A DNA stretch of 64,000 nucleotides from Octopus vulgaris (GCA_951406725.2 OX597832.1:682001-746000), one strand, 5' to 3'; positions 1 through 12,572 are shown, numbered from the stretch's first letter. Translations and numbers: made by a program. The notes: generated by a model not told the origin, from the sequence alone.

Positions 1-930
1 CCTTAACAGTTACCACCAACCTGACTACGGTCGATTTCTTGGACGTAACCTTAGACCTGAACACGAGCAAGCACTACCTTCACAGGAAGCATAATGAAGA
101 AACGGTACACATCCACAAGAGCTCAACCCTACCCCGCTGTAATTAGAAACCTGGTTTCAGACATTAACAAACGGGTATCTAAACTCTCGGCCACCAGGGA
201 GATCTTTAATAGGGCCGCCCCCGACACTACAACGATGCTTTGGCTAGGAGCGGGTTTACTGAGAAACGATCGCCAACCACCACCCCTCACTCCAAGAGGA
301 ATAGGTAAAGGAAAATTATATAGTTTAACCTCACCATTCAACCTACAAGTTTCTACTGACGTAGCTAGGGACTTCCTGCCGTTAATTAAGAAACATTTCC
401 CAAATGCCATAAGTATTACAAACTCTTAAACCATTATAATGTCAAGGCGAGCTGCTCCTGCTTAGACAACATCACATCTAACATCGCACGCATCAACAGA
501 CGAAAATGCACCTGCACACGCCCCAACCACAACCTGCAACTTCCGAAACCTGACCACCTGAAAGATCCTACATCTCAAGGGCCGTAGTATACAAAGCCAC
601 TCTTTCACCATCCGATGACATCATTAGGCACTACATGGTATGGCAACCAATGACTTTAAGGGCGGCACATGCATTCTTTCCAGGGTTAGAGAGAACTGTA
701 CTTCGTGGTCTCACTTTCTCAGGAAAGTACGTGACCTCCGAGATGAAACACTTAGCATCAAGTGGTCAATTGTCAAAAGGGCACCACCATATTCAACCGG
801 TACCCCTAATTTCCAGCTCTGCCTCCTCGAAAAACTGCGTATCCTCGACCCTACCCGCAATATCCATCAACAAGAAAAACGATCTATCCTACTGTTGTCA
901 CCAGAGGCATGCCCTACTGGTAAATTTCAA
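1..930 (+). mobile_element. Penelope-like element (Naiad-like) 3' fragment: RT thumb, linker and C-terminal GIY-YIG endonuclease, pseudogenised
   Basis: Across frames: VDFLDVTLDLN, INKRVSKLS, KKHFP, VKASCSCLDNI, CNFRNLTT*, AVVYKAT, MATNDFK, IKWSIVKRAPPYSTGTPNFQLCLLEK. Frameshifts and stops are present. Confidence 0.85.
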
Positions 931-2236
931 GCCACTGACTGCCGACAACCTGGATATACAACCTTAGCACCAGCTGCTCCTCTGTACCACCTGCACCAAG
1001 GTTACCGTCACCAACTAGCTCCTGTGAGCAGGGCCGCCAATCACCAATCCTCAACGCTTGTTCATGCCTCTCCACCTACATATCCTCACCCCTTGTACAT
1101 GCACACCCATACAAGTATGTACAAGCACTACGTTTACGCGCGCAAGTGGATATGCAGGTGCACCCTGTGTGTGTGTGGATATATATATATGTGTGTGTGT
1201 GTGTACGCGCTCGAGTATGTGTACATCTACATGTACATGCAAACATGCACAATAGTATGTATACACACGCGCGCGCGAGTACACATATGTGTGCATGCGC
1301 GTTTGCATGTATATGCACACGCGTACACATGTATACATGTGTGTATGTATGGATGTATATGTGTGTGTGCGTATGTGTGTATATTCTTTTATTCTTTTAC
1401 TCGTTTCAGCCATGCGGCTGCGGTCATGCTGGAGTACCACCGTGTATACATTTATGTATATGTAATATGTGCGTATGTATGTGTGTGTGTTTGTGTGTGT
1501 GTGCGTTCTTGTACACCTAGGCACACATGCACGCACACGCGTGGTTGCAAACACCCCCCCCCACACACACACACACACAGAAACATAAGCACATACACTC
1601 ACACACCCGCGTGCACGCGCGCACACATCCATACAATCGTAGTTATCGTGTATGCACATATACAAATACATACACGCATCCACATCAGTGTGCGTATGCG
1701 CGCATACTTATAACCAGAGATATATTTTCACACCGCCTCTTCTCCTTTGCCATCCAACCACGCGACCGATGCTGTTGCATCAAACTGTGATACTGCGTGA
1801 CCTTCTTCGACCAATCGTAGCCCATCTACCGGTAATAACATCTGACTTTCTCCAACTATTTCTTATTCAAATTTCGAATGGCTGAGAATTAACATCACGC
1901 CTTGAAACTTGAAGTACCATGGAATTACTTTAAATAAGGTGCATATTCAGATGACAAGGAAATCTAAAGATAAAGATTTATTTTCACAATTGAAAGAGTT
2001 TCGGCTGCGAAACACGTCCAGACAGATACATAAGTAGATATATATATTCAGGGTGGCCCAAAAGTAGGTTTACAGTTTTTCAACTATCTCTTTAGTATTC
2101 ATGTATTAACAGTTTAGATCTTAGTTATAAAAATATATGAAACCATTATCCTATGCTAATTTAGTTAATTTTGCCAAGCTCCCTTTACAGTTTGTAAGAT
2201 AAAAATTTAAATACATTTCTATATTTAGGGGATGAG

Positions 2237-3128
2237 GAATGGTATGGAGAACACGCAGTCTTTAGTCATATTCTCTTCTATTGGTGGGTTTACTCAAAGG
2301 AGATATTTGCGAAGTGTTGTATTACTCTTGAATATTGTCCTGATGTCATATGGGCCGCATATCTTTTGTATCTTTTCGGAGAGGCCTTTCACACAGGGTA
2401 GACAGACTGTGGACAGTTTATTGGCTTCATAATTGGAGTGGATAGTATACTTTTGGGGTAGTTGTTGCTTAACAGATCGTTATTCAGTTTATCATTTTTT
2501 CGTGGTGTGTATCACGATCGCTACTTATATTCTTTGCACGATGTTCTAGGCACTGAGCAATTCCTCTCTTTACACTGAATGGCTGGTGGGAATTGAAGTT
2601 GAGATATCGTCCAGTAAAGGTAGGCTTGCGGTATACGGATGTCCTGAATCCATACTTGGTGCGTGTTATTAATACGTCCAGGAATGCCGGCTGATTGTCT
2701 TTTTCCTTTTCTATTGTGAACTGTATGGATGGCTTTATTGAGTTCACATGATCTAACAGCACTTGGACATCTTCCTGGTGGGGCCAGAGTATAAAGGTGT
2801 CACATTTATACTCTCAAAGTGTTCCATGTATATATTGGCTATTACCGGTGATAATGGTGAACCCATAGCTAAACCCTCCTCTTGTCGATATATACCAGTG
2901 TCCATACTGAAGTAGGTAGTTTCTACACAGAAGGTCAATATTTCCATCAAGTTTCTTATTGGTATACTAGTGCGTTCTTTTAGATGGGTGTCTGTCACTA
3001 GTTTTTCTTGTATCACCGATAGTGCTTCACCAGTTGGGACTTTGGTGAACAGGCTTATCACATCAAGACTCACCATCTGGTTGGATTCAATGGGAGTATC
3101 CTTGATCAATTCTGTGAAGTGGGTGGAA
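2237..3128 (-). mobile_element. Penelope-like (Poseidon-type) RT, thumb, linker and first endonuclease motif, pseudogenised
   Basis: MVSLDVISLFTKVP, QEEGLAMGSPLSPVIANIYMEHFE, IQFTIEKEKDNQPAFLDVLI, RKPTFTGRYLNFNSH, ending KDCVFSIP. Confidence 0.9.
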
Positions 3129-3136
3129 GGTTATAC

Positions 3137-3726
3137 AGCTGTGGTAGGTTATACAAAGGCGAAACATGCCGCCCCCTCAAAATAAGAGTAGACGAACCTC
3201 GCAAAGCTGTGACACGAGGAGATATTGATAAATCGGGTATAGCTGATCATGTATGGGGAAAATGGAGACCACCTCCCACTGTGGGATGAAGTTAAAATAA
3301 TAAACAGAGAACACCAATGGAAAATACGAAAACTAAAAGAAGCAGCACATATGCTAGAATACAACAACCTCCCAAGCAGACCGAGTGCAGATATGAGCAG
3401 CATATGGGAACCGGTATAAAGGAAGGATAGAAAATATTAGATTTATAAGCTCTAAAATTCATTCCATAATTGCCCGCTGGTATATGGCGTGGTGGTTAAG
3501 AGCGCGGGCTACTAACCCCAAGATTCCGAGTTCGATTCCAAGCGGTGACCTGAAAAATAATAATATTAATAATAATAATTACAACATCGAAGAATACCTT
3601 AGGAATGAGAACCCAGGTTCGAAATTTCCTCAAGACACCTCAAGAAGGCTGGAGAGTATATCACCCGAAGCAACAACAAACAAGATGAGGACAAATATCT
3701 GTCGAATGTAAAGAATGTAAATAAAG
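3137..3726 (+). mobile_element. Remainder of the same PLE (YIG half of the endonuclease plus 3' terminal region) in inverted orientation
   Basis: SCGRLYKGETCRPLKIRVDE...KSGIADHVW...WDEVKIINREHQWKIRKLKEAAHM, followed by non-coding 3' sequence. Confidence 0.8.
3475..3550 (+). promoter_or_regulatory. tRNA-derived segment with Pol III A and B boxes (not a functional tRNA)
   Basis: A box TGGCGTGGTGG (3485-3495), anticodon-like loop CTACTAA, B box GAGTTCGATTCC (3528-3539). Acceptor and T stems pair poorly. Confidence 0.65.
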
Positions 3727-3820
3727 AAATTTAAATGTAATAAAATGTTTTAAAAGAAATTTAAGTGTATACATGATAACTGTAAACCTACCTTTGGACC
3801 ACCCTGTGTATATAAATATA

Positions 3821-4231
3821 TTGTTGTTGGCATCCTTTTGCTTCGGAGATAATGGTGTTGCACATAAAATAATCCTGTGCAGTCCTATCCTGGACAAACC
3901 GCTCCTCTAGCAGGTGACGCAGATGTAGCGAAGACTTTGCCTGGCGGGTTGCAATGTCATAGTTTCTTGTTGTCTTTTCTTGTCTTCCCATTTCCCCTCT
4001 CTCCATCTATGACTCCTTTGTGTTCCCTCTTCTGTGGTACGTTGCCAATCTCCACGGTTGCTGACAACCGCTTCCCAGTTGCTAATATTGATGTCGCAAG
4101 CCTTCATGTCCCTTTTGCAGATATCCTTGTACCGTAAAAACGTTCTTCCAACAGACCTAGTGCCCCAAGCAAGCTCTCCGTAGAGTATGTCTTTGGGGAT
4201 TCTGCCATCTTCGATACGACTAACATGTCCT

Positions 4232-4234
<3 letters not shown>
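3821..4234 (-). mobile_element. RTE-clade LINE, 5'-truncated 3' end
   Basis: [21 protein letters not shown]...[11 protein letters not shown] with a (CAA)n tail. Homologous to 6828-7280. Confidence 0.9.
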
Positions 4235-4329
<95 letters not shown>

Positions 4330-5519
4330 TATAGGCATATGTATACGTATGTATGTATGTATGTACGTATGTATATACGTATATGTATGTATTATTTAAT
4401 AAACACAATAGATAGTTTATGTGCTACTATTAGTTACATGTGCTGAGAGCATGCCAGACACTATTCTTTAACTCCTCTGGTATCCTAGCACAACCTTCAG
4501 GTACTGCCTACATAGCATAGCAAACTAAAAATGGGACGGCAGAATAAATGAAAAAAGTGAGAAAAGGCGTGAAAAAAGTAGATATAAAAAGTCTGTTATG
4601 CCATGTGGACATTGTCTGAAGATTGTGCTAAGACACCAGTCATGTTAAAAAATATTGTCTGGCATACTCTCAGCACATGAAACTAATAGTAGCACGTGCG
4701 AATGGAATAACAGTCACTATAAGTAAAGAGAGTACATAGTAGATAGTCATGTCTTTACTGATAGACAGTCGTGTCTTTGCTTGTTTTACTAAGTAACTAT
4801 ACTGTATACCGAAGTGGGCGTTATAACAATCCAACATTTTAAGGACATAGCACCCTTTATCTCTCCTTTTCTCTCTCTCTCTCTCTCTCACACGTACACA
4901 TCTGTCAGCTGCAATGCAGCCATTCATGAGATTTTTTCACATACAGTAATCCCTCGCCATATCGCGGTTCACCTATCGCTGTTTATTATTTAAGTTTACG
5001 TCGATTCCTCCGTGGTGTTGTTTTGCATTTATAATAAACTAGCAGAGATAACCGGCGTTGCCCGTGTTACATGCAATTGAAGAATTAGACTTTTCTGTTA
5101 TATTTTCTGTAATGAACAGAAATATCTATGTTTCGAATTTCATCAAAATTGCAGATGAGGGTTATTCCCTCTTTACACACCCTAACAAAAATTGTAATTG
5201 TGCCACATGTACCCCGTACTACTGATTTTTATGCGCATATTCCAAAATTCCAGTCTTATTGAACCTGTTAAAAAGATTTTGCACATGAAAAATGAAGGTC
5301 ATAGAGCTCTAAAATGTGAGAGTTAAGACACCTGTTGGGGGTGGGCATCTTAATGTCAACCAGAGAAGTTGAATTGTTGAGAATCTTTTTAACTTGGGTC
5401 TTATATCTATTGTTTGAATTTCTTTGAAATAGGAAATATATGTTCACTGGGTTTGTAAAAGAGAGCAAAGCTACAGGAAACCAAAAAACGAATGATCAGT
5501 TACCCTACCCTAGTCGTTA

Positions 5520-5800
5520 CCACTCCTAATGTAGGGTTCCTCACCATCCAGGTGACAGACACAGCCGTAAGATACATTACGAATCTATAGCAATTGGAAG
5601 GGCGTGACCCAACTGAAATAAACATTAACAATTGTGTGACATGAGGGCTAAGGAGAAATGAAAGTGTCACCTCTGGAGTTTGCAAATGACCACTATACTG
5701 ATACGTAATTGGACAGAATGAATTTACAATCTATAAATGTCTTTGAATAACCAGTCACTCATGTGGGAAGACCTTGAAATCAATGTTAAAATCTGGGGAC
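5520..5800 (+). pseudogene. Possible very old LINE reverse-transcriptase relic
   Basis: Degenerate PGDRHS (QGDxLS-like), LEFAND (FADD-like) and LEINVK motifs in the expected order, with many stops. Confidence 0.3.
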
Positions 5801-6322
5801 TATGTGTGACCCAGTGATAATAGAAAGACTGAAAGAAGGTCTGCAATCGAATAACTTTGCTCTACACTTTGCAACTGAATCAGTGGAGGCAAAGATGCCT
5901 CTCATTTACTTGACAATTTATGCACCACATTGCAGAAATCACAATGTATCACAGTGTATGTCTAAACAAACTGTTACACTGTTGTACGATTGAATTACAA
6001 ATAATGCTCATCTTTTATGCTCGGGTAACCCAACAGCTTCCAAGATAAAATGACAAAATTCTGGGTGTTAAGTCCCCATGGCGGGGGGTTCTTTGTAACT
6101 TGTAAGAAGATGAAATTTTATAAATATTGCTTCATTTGTGTCTAATATCTATGGTTAAAGTTTCAACAGCAAAAATATATGAATTGTCATGGGGGTTATG
6201 GCCCTTATGCATAGAATATAATTTCCAAATTTCATAAAGATCCATTCAGTATTTTTTACCTAGTTTTGGATCATAGAAGAAATGACTAAAATTTGGGAGT
6301 TAAGACCCCCATTAGGGTGTTT

Positions 6323-6324
<2 letters not shown>

Positions 6325-6413
<89 letters not shown>

Positions 6414-6487
6414 TAGATAGATGGATGGATGGATGGATGGATGAATGAATGGATGGATGGATGGATGAATGGATGGATGGATGAATG

Positions 6488-6543
<56 letters not shown>

Positions 6544-6545
6544 CA
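6325..6545. repeat. Compound microsatellite (TA)n(GA)n(GATA)n(GATG)n, representative of dozens of TA, CA, TATG, TAGG and TTA tracts in the window
   Basis: Read directly. Other long tracts include 4235-4320, 12732-12930, 26843-26964, 40149-40270, 56650-57050, 61087-61172 and 63063-63122. Confidence 0.97.
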
Positions 6546-6827
6546 CACACATACATAAAAAGATAAATTGATAGATGCAACTGAGTGGGCAAACAAAAAT
6601 ATGAGACACTATCTAGTGCTTTTCTAGGTTGATAAGCCTGGTACTTATTCTATTAGTTTGTTCTTGTGAAACCAGTAAGTTATGTGGATGTAAATAAATG
6701 AACAGCAGTTGTGAAGCAGTGATGAGGGCGAAACACCGAGACAAAGACACACACATACACTTACATATATACATACATATATATACGATTGACTTGTTTC
6801 AGTTCCTGTCTACGAAATCCATATATA

Positions 6828-9406
6828 TTGTCGTTGGCATCCTTCTTGTCTCGGGAGACAATGGAGTTGCGCATAATATAATCTAGTCCGGCTTTTACAT
6901 TTCATGTCCTAAAACATCTCCTGCTGTGGTTGTGTAGACCTATCCTGAACAAACACTCCCTCTGGCAGGTGCCGTAAATGTAGCGAAGACTTTGCCAGGC
7001 TGGTTGTAATGTCATAGTTTCTTGTTGACGCCTTTTCTTGTCTTCCCATTTCTCCTCTCACTCTCTCTGTCACTCCTTTGTGTTCCCTCTTTTACGGTAC
7101 GTCGCCAATCTCCACGGTTGCTGGCAACTGCTTCCCAATTGCTAATATTGATGTTGCAGGCCTTCATGTCCCTTTTGCAAACATTCTTGTATCGTAAGAA
7201 CGGTCTTCCCACAGACCTAGTGCCTCTAACAAGCTCTCCGTAGAGTATGTCCTTGGGGATTCTGCCATATTCCATAGTCCAAGCCATCACATACGTCTTT
7301 GTGTGAGGAGTGCAAACATGCTTAGTATTCCTGCTGGCTTGAGGACATCTTTGTTGGGGACATGATTCTGCCATTTGATGCGAAGGATTTTCCGGAGGCA
7401 GCGCAGGTGAAAGATATTTAGGCGACGCTCTTGGCGTGTGTATGGCGTCCAAGTCTCACTTCCATACAGTAGAGTGCTAAGTACACATGCCTGGTAAATC
7501 TTCATTTTTGTGGTCTTGGTCAGCTTATTGTTGTCCCATGCCCGTTTGGAGAGTTGGGCTATCACAGCAGCTGCCTTGCCAATGCGTATATTGAGCTCAG
7601 CATTAAGGGATAGGTTGTAGGTAGTGGTAGAGCAAATATAGGTAAACTTCTCCACCTCCTGTAGTCTGTGGTCTCGAATATGTATGTTTGGAATGTCCGA
7701 TGTAGCCTGACCCATGATGTTGGTCTTCTTGAGGTTGATAACTAAGCCAAAGTCGCTACATGCTTGCTCAAAACAGTTCATGAGCCTTTGTAGGGCTTCT
7801 TCTGTGTGTGATATCAGAGCAGCAGCATCAACAAATAGCATCTCCTTGATCAGGACGCTTCTGATTTTGATCTTGGCACGCAGACGCGAGAGATTGAACA
7901 GTTTCCCATCACTTCTACTGTGCAGAAACACTCCATCATCTGATGTCTCAAAGGCATGTGACGGCAGCAGCGAGAAGATGCTAAATAATGTAAGAGCAAG
8001 GACACAACCTTGCTTTAGCCCGTTTTTTATTTGGAAGGCGGCTGATGTTGAACCATTTTGCTGTATGGTGCCTTGTATATCATCATGGAAAGATTTGATA
8101 ATCCTCAGCAGCTTTGGTGGACATCCGAGTTTTTGGAGCAGGATGAAGTGGCCTTTTCTACTTACCAAGTGAAAGGCCTTTCTCAGATCAATGAAGGCCA
8201 TATATAATGGCATTTTCTACTCTCTGGACTTCTCCTGAAGTTGGCGTGTGGAGAATATCATGTCAATATTTGATCTGCTTCTTCTAAAGCCACACTGCGA
8301 TTCTGGATAAATTCGAGAAGCAAGCAGTTGTAGCCTGGACAGGATAACGCGAGCAAAGGTCTTTCCAACAGTGCGTAGAAGAGATATTCCACGGTAATTG
8401 TTACAATCACCACGGTCACCTTTGTTTTTGTAAAGCGTAATGATGTTAGCATCCCTCATATCCTGAGGGACTGTACCCTCTTCCCAGCACTCACACAGAA
8501 ACTCATGAAGGTGCCGAAGTAGGATGGTGTTTTTGCTGGCTTTGATGATCTCTGAGGGAATGCCATCTTTTCCCGGAGCCTTGTTACTTGCTAGGGAGTC
8601 AATAACCTTGGTGAGCTCTGCTATACATGGCAGACTGTCAAGTTCGCACATGACTGGCAAGATCTTGACACCCTCGACTGCAGCCTCAGTTACCGTGGTC
8701 TCCCGGGATTAGAGATCCTGGTAGTACTCCAGCCATCTATCCATTTGCTTGCTTTGGTCCTTGATGAGATATCCAGTAGTTGGTTGCGGATGGACCGAGG
8801 GCCTTCTTCAAACCGGCATACATCCCACGAGTGTCGCCACTGTCAGCAGCTGACTGGATGATCTGACAGATTTCCTGCCAATACCTATTTGCACAGAGTC
8901 TGGTGGTCAGTTGGGTTTTATTTCTTGCCTTTCTGAGTTCTTCGAGTGACTTTGTACAAGAATCGCTCTTGCATTGCATCAGAGCTGCACGCTTTGCTTC
9001 GATAACTGGTTCCAGCTCTGAGAGCCCAGCACTGAACCAATCTGGGCTTTGCCTTTCTCTCATATCGAAAATATCTATTGATGTGGTATACAAAGCTTCC
9101 CTGATATAATTCCACCTACTTTCAGCAGAGGAGGTTGGGCAGCTACTGAGGGCAACATTGATAGAAACAGCAAAACGTTTTCGCAGTGTAGGGTCCGAGG
9201 TTCTGACAGTGTTAATGCGTGGTCGGCCCATTTTCTTGGAGTGATGGACTTTTTAGGCAGAATCCTCACCCTGCTTCTTATTAGTGAATGATCTGTGTCA
9301 CAATCCGCGCTGTGGTAACTACGAGTCAGTTGAACAGAATTCAGAAAAGATCTTCGTGTGACGATGAGATCCAGCTGATGCCAGTGGTGAGATCTTGGAT
9401 GTCTCC
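6828..9406 (-). mobile_element. RTE (BovB-like) LINE, 5'-truncated: endonuclease C-terminus and RT, frameshifted
   Basis: HPRSHHWHQLDLIVTRR..CDTDHSL, KAPGKDGIP, CNNYRGISLL, ESQCGFR, FIDLRKAF, KQGCVLA, MLFVDAAAL, LLYGSETW. Short CAA-like tail. Confidence 0.95.
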
Positions 9407-9955
9407 TATATGTATACACATACACACACAAAGATAAATTGATAGATACAACTGAGAGGGCAAACAAAGATATGAGACACTGCCTAGTGCTTTTTTATAT
9501 TTTGATAAGCCTGGTACTTATTCTATCAGTTTCTTCATGTGAAACCAGTAAGTTATGGGGATGTAAATAAACGAACACCAGTTGTGAAGCAGTGATGAGG
9601 GAGAAGCACAAAAACACACACATAGACTTACATATATACATACATATATATATATATACAATTGATTTCTTTCAGTTTCTGTTTACAAAATCCACTGACG
9701 AGACTTTGTTTGGTCTGAGGCTATAGCAGAAGACACATGCCAAGTTACCACTGAACTGAGGACCATGTGTTTTGGAACCAAATTTGTTACCACACAGCCT
9801 CACCTGCACCTATGTATGTGTGTGTGTGTGTGGCTGTGTGTGTGTATGTGTGTATGGGTGTATATATGTATGCATGTATATATGTGTATATATATGTGTA
9901 CATATTACATGTACATATATTACATGTATATATATATATATATACATCCATATAT

Positions 9956-10056
<101 letters not shown>

Positions 10057-10134
10057 ACGTGAAGTGATAAGATACTGCACGAGTGGAACTATATATGAAA
10101 GAAGGTTTGAAAATGCAATTTTAAAAGGTGTTTA

Positions 10135-10182
10135 TTTACTTGACCGGTTTCACTTTTTTAGAAAAAGATTGTCAAAAGTAAA
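10135..10182 (-). ncRNA. Minimal type-I hammerhead ribozyme motif (U3-A8 variant)
   Basis: UUUACUU UUGACAA U CUUUUU CUA AAAAAG U GAAA CCGG UC/AAGUAAA: 7-bp stem I, 6-bp stem II, palindromic stem III. Confidence 0.75.
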
Positions 10183-10231
10183 ATGTAAAAGCTTTGTAAA
10201 AACGTTTTTGTGTTAAATACTGGTTGCCACA

Positions 10232-10608
10232 ACTTGTTTCAGTCATTTGACTGCGGCCATGCTGGAGCACCGCCTTTAGTCGAGCAAATCGACCCCAGGA
10301 CTTATTCTTTGTAAGCCTAGTACTTATTCTATCGGTCTATTTTGCCGAAACGCTAAGTTACGGGGACGTAAGCACACCATCATCGGTTGTCAATCGATGA
10401 TGGTGGGGACAAACAAAGACACACAAACACACACACACATACATATATATAAATAAACATATATACTACGGGTTTCCTTCAGTTTCCCTCTACCAAATCC
10501 ACTCACAAGGCCCGCGGCTATAGTAGAAGACACTTGACCAAGGTACCACGCAGTGGGACTGAACCCAGAACCATGTGGTTTGTAAGCAAGCTACTTACCG
10601 CACAGCCA
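10232..10608 (-). mobile_element. Abundant tRNA-derived SINE with an internal microsatellite (family A)
   Basis: tRNA-like head TGGCTGTGCGGTAAG...GGTTCAGTCCC. Other copies or fragments at about 1385-1440, 6630-6820, 9505-9800, 25012-25230, 29000-29435, 34320-34480, 35135-35470, 40295-40557 and 50665-51116. Confidence 0.9.
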
Positions 10609-11184
10609 AAGTTCATTGAAAATATATACATTCTTCGATAATAATAAGAAAAATGTTAAAACAGTTTACAAGGAAAATAAAAAGTTCATTGAAGATATTA
10701 GGATTTCATTAAAAATCATGTTTGTTTGGAAGTATCTGTATATATACACAGAAAATTATATGTTCAAAAAGTTCATATCTTGGTGGTATATATATATATA
10801 TATATATATAGAAGGAGATATATTTAGGAGTTTACAAAGAATTTGTGATAAACTGACCTGTTTTACCATTTTTCGTGTGGGAGGTTAGTTTGGGTGGGGG
10901 GAAGGAGGAGCAATGTGGGATTGAAAAGAGATTTTTGTTGTTTCTCTTTAGTCTTTCACCGTTCAGTGGTTTTTGGGACTCGCCTGTAAGGTCAGGATGG
11001 TGCGAGTGTGTGTGTCTTTGTGTGTGTGTGTATATACATGTGTTTGTGTTTCTGTGTGTGGGCTGTTTTTGATTGGTCCCAGGGTTTATTGTAGTATATG
11101 TAAATGTGTCTGTGTGTGTTTAATATTTGGTAGGATGGTGTGTGTGTATATGTGTGCACGTTTGTGTGTGTATATATACACGTG

Positions 11185-12091
11185 TCTCTCTTCTTCCCTC
11201 TTCCCCTCTACTCTCTTTCCCTCTTCTCCCCTACTCTCTTCTCCCTTCCCTCTTTCTCTCTGCTCCCTCACTCCCCTTCTCTCCCCTCTCCCTCCTCCCC
11301 TCCTCTCCCCTCTCCCTCCTCCCCTCCTCTCCTCTCTCCCCTCCCCCTCTCTTCTCTCCCCCGTCCTTCGCTCTTCTCTCCTCTCCTCCTCTCTCTTCTC
11401 ATATACTCACTTTCCCCTCCCCCATAAACCCACCCACCCCTACTCCACATTCCCTATCCTTCCCACCCCCTACGCCACTCTACCCCACACCATCCCCTAC
11501 ACCCCACCCCTATCCCACACCTCTCCCCCACATATCTCACCCCTATCCCATACCCCCACATACCTCACCTCTAACCCTACCCTCTACCTACCCACAACCC
11601 CCACTCTACCCCAACCCCAGCTGAACCCACACCCCACCTGTGGGTTCACCACTCTCGCCTCCCCCACCTCCCCACAACATCACACCACACTACACTACAC
11701 TACACCATGCAACATTACACATCACTCACAACACACCACCCACACACCCATCCCCACATTTCCACACCCACACATACATACACGCACACGTCCAGACCAC
11801 CAGCCCTCTTTCACACGCATATACATACTCTCTTATACTCACACGCACCTTTGTGTTGGGGGCACATTCGTATTGGAAGTCACTTGATCCTGTTATCTCC
11901 CCTACTGTCCCTCTCGCGTCTGACCACTGTCCAAAGTTAGGACGCCATGATAGATCGTTAGCTCCTACATGCATTTTTTTCTCTCCTTGTTTCTCTCCTT
12001 GTTTTTTTTTTCGTGTATCTTTCTGTCGAAGAGCGTAGGATCGAAACGTAAAAGACATTTGTTTGTTTGTACTCCACCTGCCTTCGTCTTT
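11185..12091 (+). mobile_element. 3' UTR and terminal repeat of a Neptune-like PLE (CT- and C-rich tract, hammerhead-like motif)
   Basis: Homologous to 52860-54256 and 54405-54980, which follow GIY-YIG coding sequence. Confidence 0.75.
12018..12055 (+). ncRNA. Minimal hammerhead-like motif with A6U core
   Basis: UCUUU CUGUCGAA GAGC GUAG GAUC GAAA CG UA/AAAGA. Confidence 0.6.
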
Positions 12092-12523
12092 TATAGAGAT
12101 ATGTTTTTGTTTCACTTTTAACACGTAATACTGAAATAGTGGAGAAGATGGGATATTGCTGTGGGCTCGCCCTAGGCAAGAAGTTAAACATTTTTTTAAC
12201 CCATGTAAAATTCGAATGAAATTGGCTGTGTAGTTCTCAAGTTTTAGGGATTCACACAGACAGGCAGCAGACTGACAGACAGATAGACACACATTCTCAG
12301 TTTTATATATATAGATAAAGATATTATTATATTTATTGTATAAATAATAAAAATTATAAAAATTTAATTATAAAATAATTAAAAAAATACTGTACTGTTT
12401 CTACTTCGCGGATTTTCACCTATCGCGGGGGTTTTTGGAATGTAACACACGCGATAGTCGAGGGATTATTGTATACACACAAACAACTGTCTGTGTATGT
12501 GCGTGCGCGCATGCGTGTATGTT

Positions 12524-12566
<43 letters not shown>

Positions 12567-12572
<6 letters not shown>

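Larger units (their letters stand above)
2049..3806. mobile_element. Tc1/mariner-type MITE shell carrying a nested PLE
   Basis: 28-bp TIRs: CAGGGTGGCCCAAAAGTAGGTTTACAGT (2049-2076) matches the reverse complement of 3779-3806 at 26/28. Flanks look like degenerate TA sites. Confidence 0.75.

Noticed and set aside
930-1790. Long ORF extensions rich in YI, CV, HT or MYVC repeats (here and throughout, for example 9765-10080, 34451-35604, 56558-57148)
   Set aside because: These are translations of stop-free TA, CA and TATG microsatellites, not genes.
3475-3550. Functional tRNA gene (also the SINE heads at 26770-26842 and 53823-53895)
   Set aside because: Acceptor and T stems are not properly paired and the segments are embedded in repeats.
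10973-11887. 304-aa Pro/Ser/Leu-rich ORF
   Set aside because: It arises from CT- and C-rich low-complexity PLE UTR sequence and GT repeats.
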